Part shown: piece after piece, positions 49,539 to 50,332 of the stretch | Layout: each line of letters opens with the position of its first letter | Numbering within the stretch: position 1 is the stretch's first letter | Assembly (NCBI GenBank): GCA_012729595.1 | Contig: JAAYCU010000208.1 | Coordinates: 1 to 50,332 of the forward strand | Direction of reading: 5' to 3' | Source of the DNA: Phycisphaerales bacterium | Lineage (GTDB): Bacteria; Planctomycetota; Phycisphaerae; UBA1845; PWPN01 | Length of the DNA stretch: 50,332 nucleotides | Translations under genes and position numbers: made by a program | The notes under the pieces: generated by a model | The model's database searches: none | Told to the model about the DNA's origin: nothing | What the model saw: the letters and a program-made list of their open reading frames with translations, nothing else

Positions 49539-49651
49539 ACCCCCTGGATTCGCTACTTTCTGTCGCCGGCAAGGCTCGTAATGCGATTCCCGCCTGAAAA
49601 ATCCAGGGCTTGACCATTATATTTTCCCCTTGTTTTGGTTATAATTCGGCC

Positions 49652-50332
49652 ATGAGTGATTTCAAAATACAACCTTCTCAACGGATAACCCGTCTGCCCC
49701 CCTACCTTTTCGGGCGATTGAACGCCCTCAAGCACACTAAGCGGCAGGAGGGCATAGATATTATCGATCTGGGCATGGGGAACCCGACCGACCCTACCCC
49801 CAAGCCGATCGTGGATAAGCTTTGCGAGGCCGTCCAGGATCCACGCAACCACCGTTACAGCCTGACCACCCGCGGCGTGCTCAACCTGCGCAAGGATGTC
49901 GCCCGTCACTACCGGCAGCGCTACGGAGTCGAGCTGGACCCGGAAACCGAGGTAATCGCAACCATTGGCAGCAAGGAGGGCCTGAGCCACATGTTCCTGG
50001 CTATGCTGGGGCCGGGCGACACGGTCGTCGTTGGCGACCCGGCGTTCCCGGTACACGTGTACAGCGTGGCCTTGGCCGGAGCTAACGTGATATCCGTTCC
50101 TTTGGGTAATGACGAAGCCTTCCTGGAGCGGATTCGCTACGTGTGCGAGCATCTGTATCCCCGCCCGAAGCTGATCCTCCTTAATTATCCGCATAACCCG
50201 ACGGCCATGACCGTCGACGCCCCGTTTTTCGACAAGGTAGTCTCTTTGGCCAATGAATACGGCGTCGCGGTCATTCATGACTTCGCCTATGGCGAGACCT
50301 GTTACGACGGCTACCAAGCGCCGAGCTTCCTG
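49652..50332 (+). CDS. Class I/II PLP-dependent aminotransferase (AlaC/LL-DAP-aminotransferase-like); 3' end off-window
   Basis: Translated by hand: MSDFKIQPSQRITRLPPYLFGRLNALKHTKRQEGIDIIDLGMGNPTDPTP...LLNYPHNPTAMTV...VIHDFAYGE. The frame is open to the window end. It is absent from the ORF track because there is no stop codon. Confidence 0.9.
   Translation, partial: MSDFKIQPSQRITRLPPYLFGRLNALKHTKRQEGIDIIDLGMGNPTDPTPKPIVDKLCEAVQDPRNHRYSLTTRGVLNLRKDVARHYRQRYGVELDPETEVIATIGSKEGLSHMFLAMLGPGDTVVVGDPAFPVHVYSVALAGANVISVPLGNDEAFLERIRYVCEHLYPRPKLILLNYPHNPTAMTVDAPFFDKVVSLANEYGVAVIHDFAYGETCYDGYQAPSFL

Noticed and set aside
49553-50317. A 254-aa minus-strand ORF at the right end of the window.
   Set aside because: The plus strand (49652 to the window end) translates into an unmistakable class I/II aminotransferase (GMGNPTDP, NYPHNPT). 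The minus ORF is its shadow.

Overview
GC-rich, gene-dense bacterial chromosomal window. I recognised no rRNA, tRNA, CRISPR array, transposase, integrase or reverse transcriptase. The gene content (TAT-signal Gfo/Idh/MocA oxidoreductase, HEAT-repeat protein, GH57, Cys-rich/RTX surface protein, many tiny TA pairs, orphan fliS) suggests a Planctomycetota/PVC-type genome, but that is inference only.

Layout:
- 1-3517: 3' end of a Hyf/Hyc-like energy-converting operon. Its 'large subunit' lacks the Ni-Fe cysteines.
- 3.5-13.4 kb: cysK, a MarR regulator, a small secreted PVY-repeat protein, an epimerase-cupin-B12 radical SAM operon, prmC, and Gfo/Idh/MocA plus a HEAT protein.
- 13.6-18.6 kb: a terminator-bounded SDR-SDR-flavoprotein-PfkB kinase operon.
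- 18.84-19.17 kb: an orphan promoter-to-terminator unit with no credible ORF (candidate sRNA), followed by uvrA.
- 22.16-28.46 kb: the main accessory region. All genes are on the minus strand: DUF4160/DUF2442, hicBA, DUF6883/DUF4926, a 735-aa lipoprotein-like Cys-rich/RTX protein, and hicAB. Each module is separated from the next by one copy of a directional palindromic repeat (GTGCCGAGAARGGATTCTCGGCACAGCG) that I did not notice elsewhere in the window.
- 28.5-50.3 kb: GH57, alpha/beta hydrolase, rmuC, mazEF, an acyltransferase, mutS (with an insertion before the Walker A motif), a SurA-like PPIase, a thioester alpha-2-macroglobulin, a dipeptide epimerase, an RR-GGDEF protein, a class III aminotransferase preceded by three perfect 17-bp tandem repeats, fliS, a TPR protein, and a 3'-truncated class I/II aminotransferase that is missing from the ORF track.

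Most long opposite-strand ORFs in the track are GC-driven shadow ORFs. All family calls come from motif recognition by eye; no searches were run.
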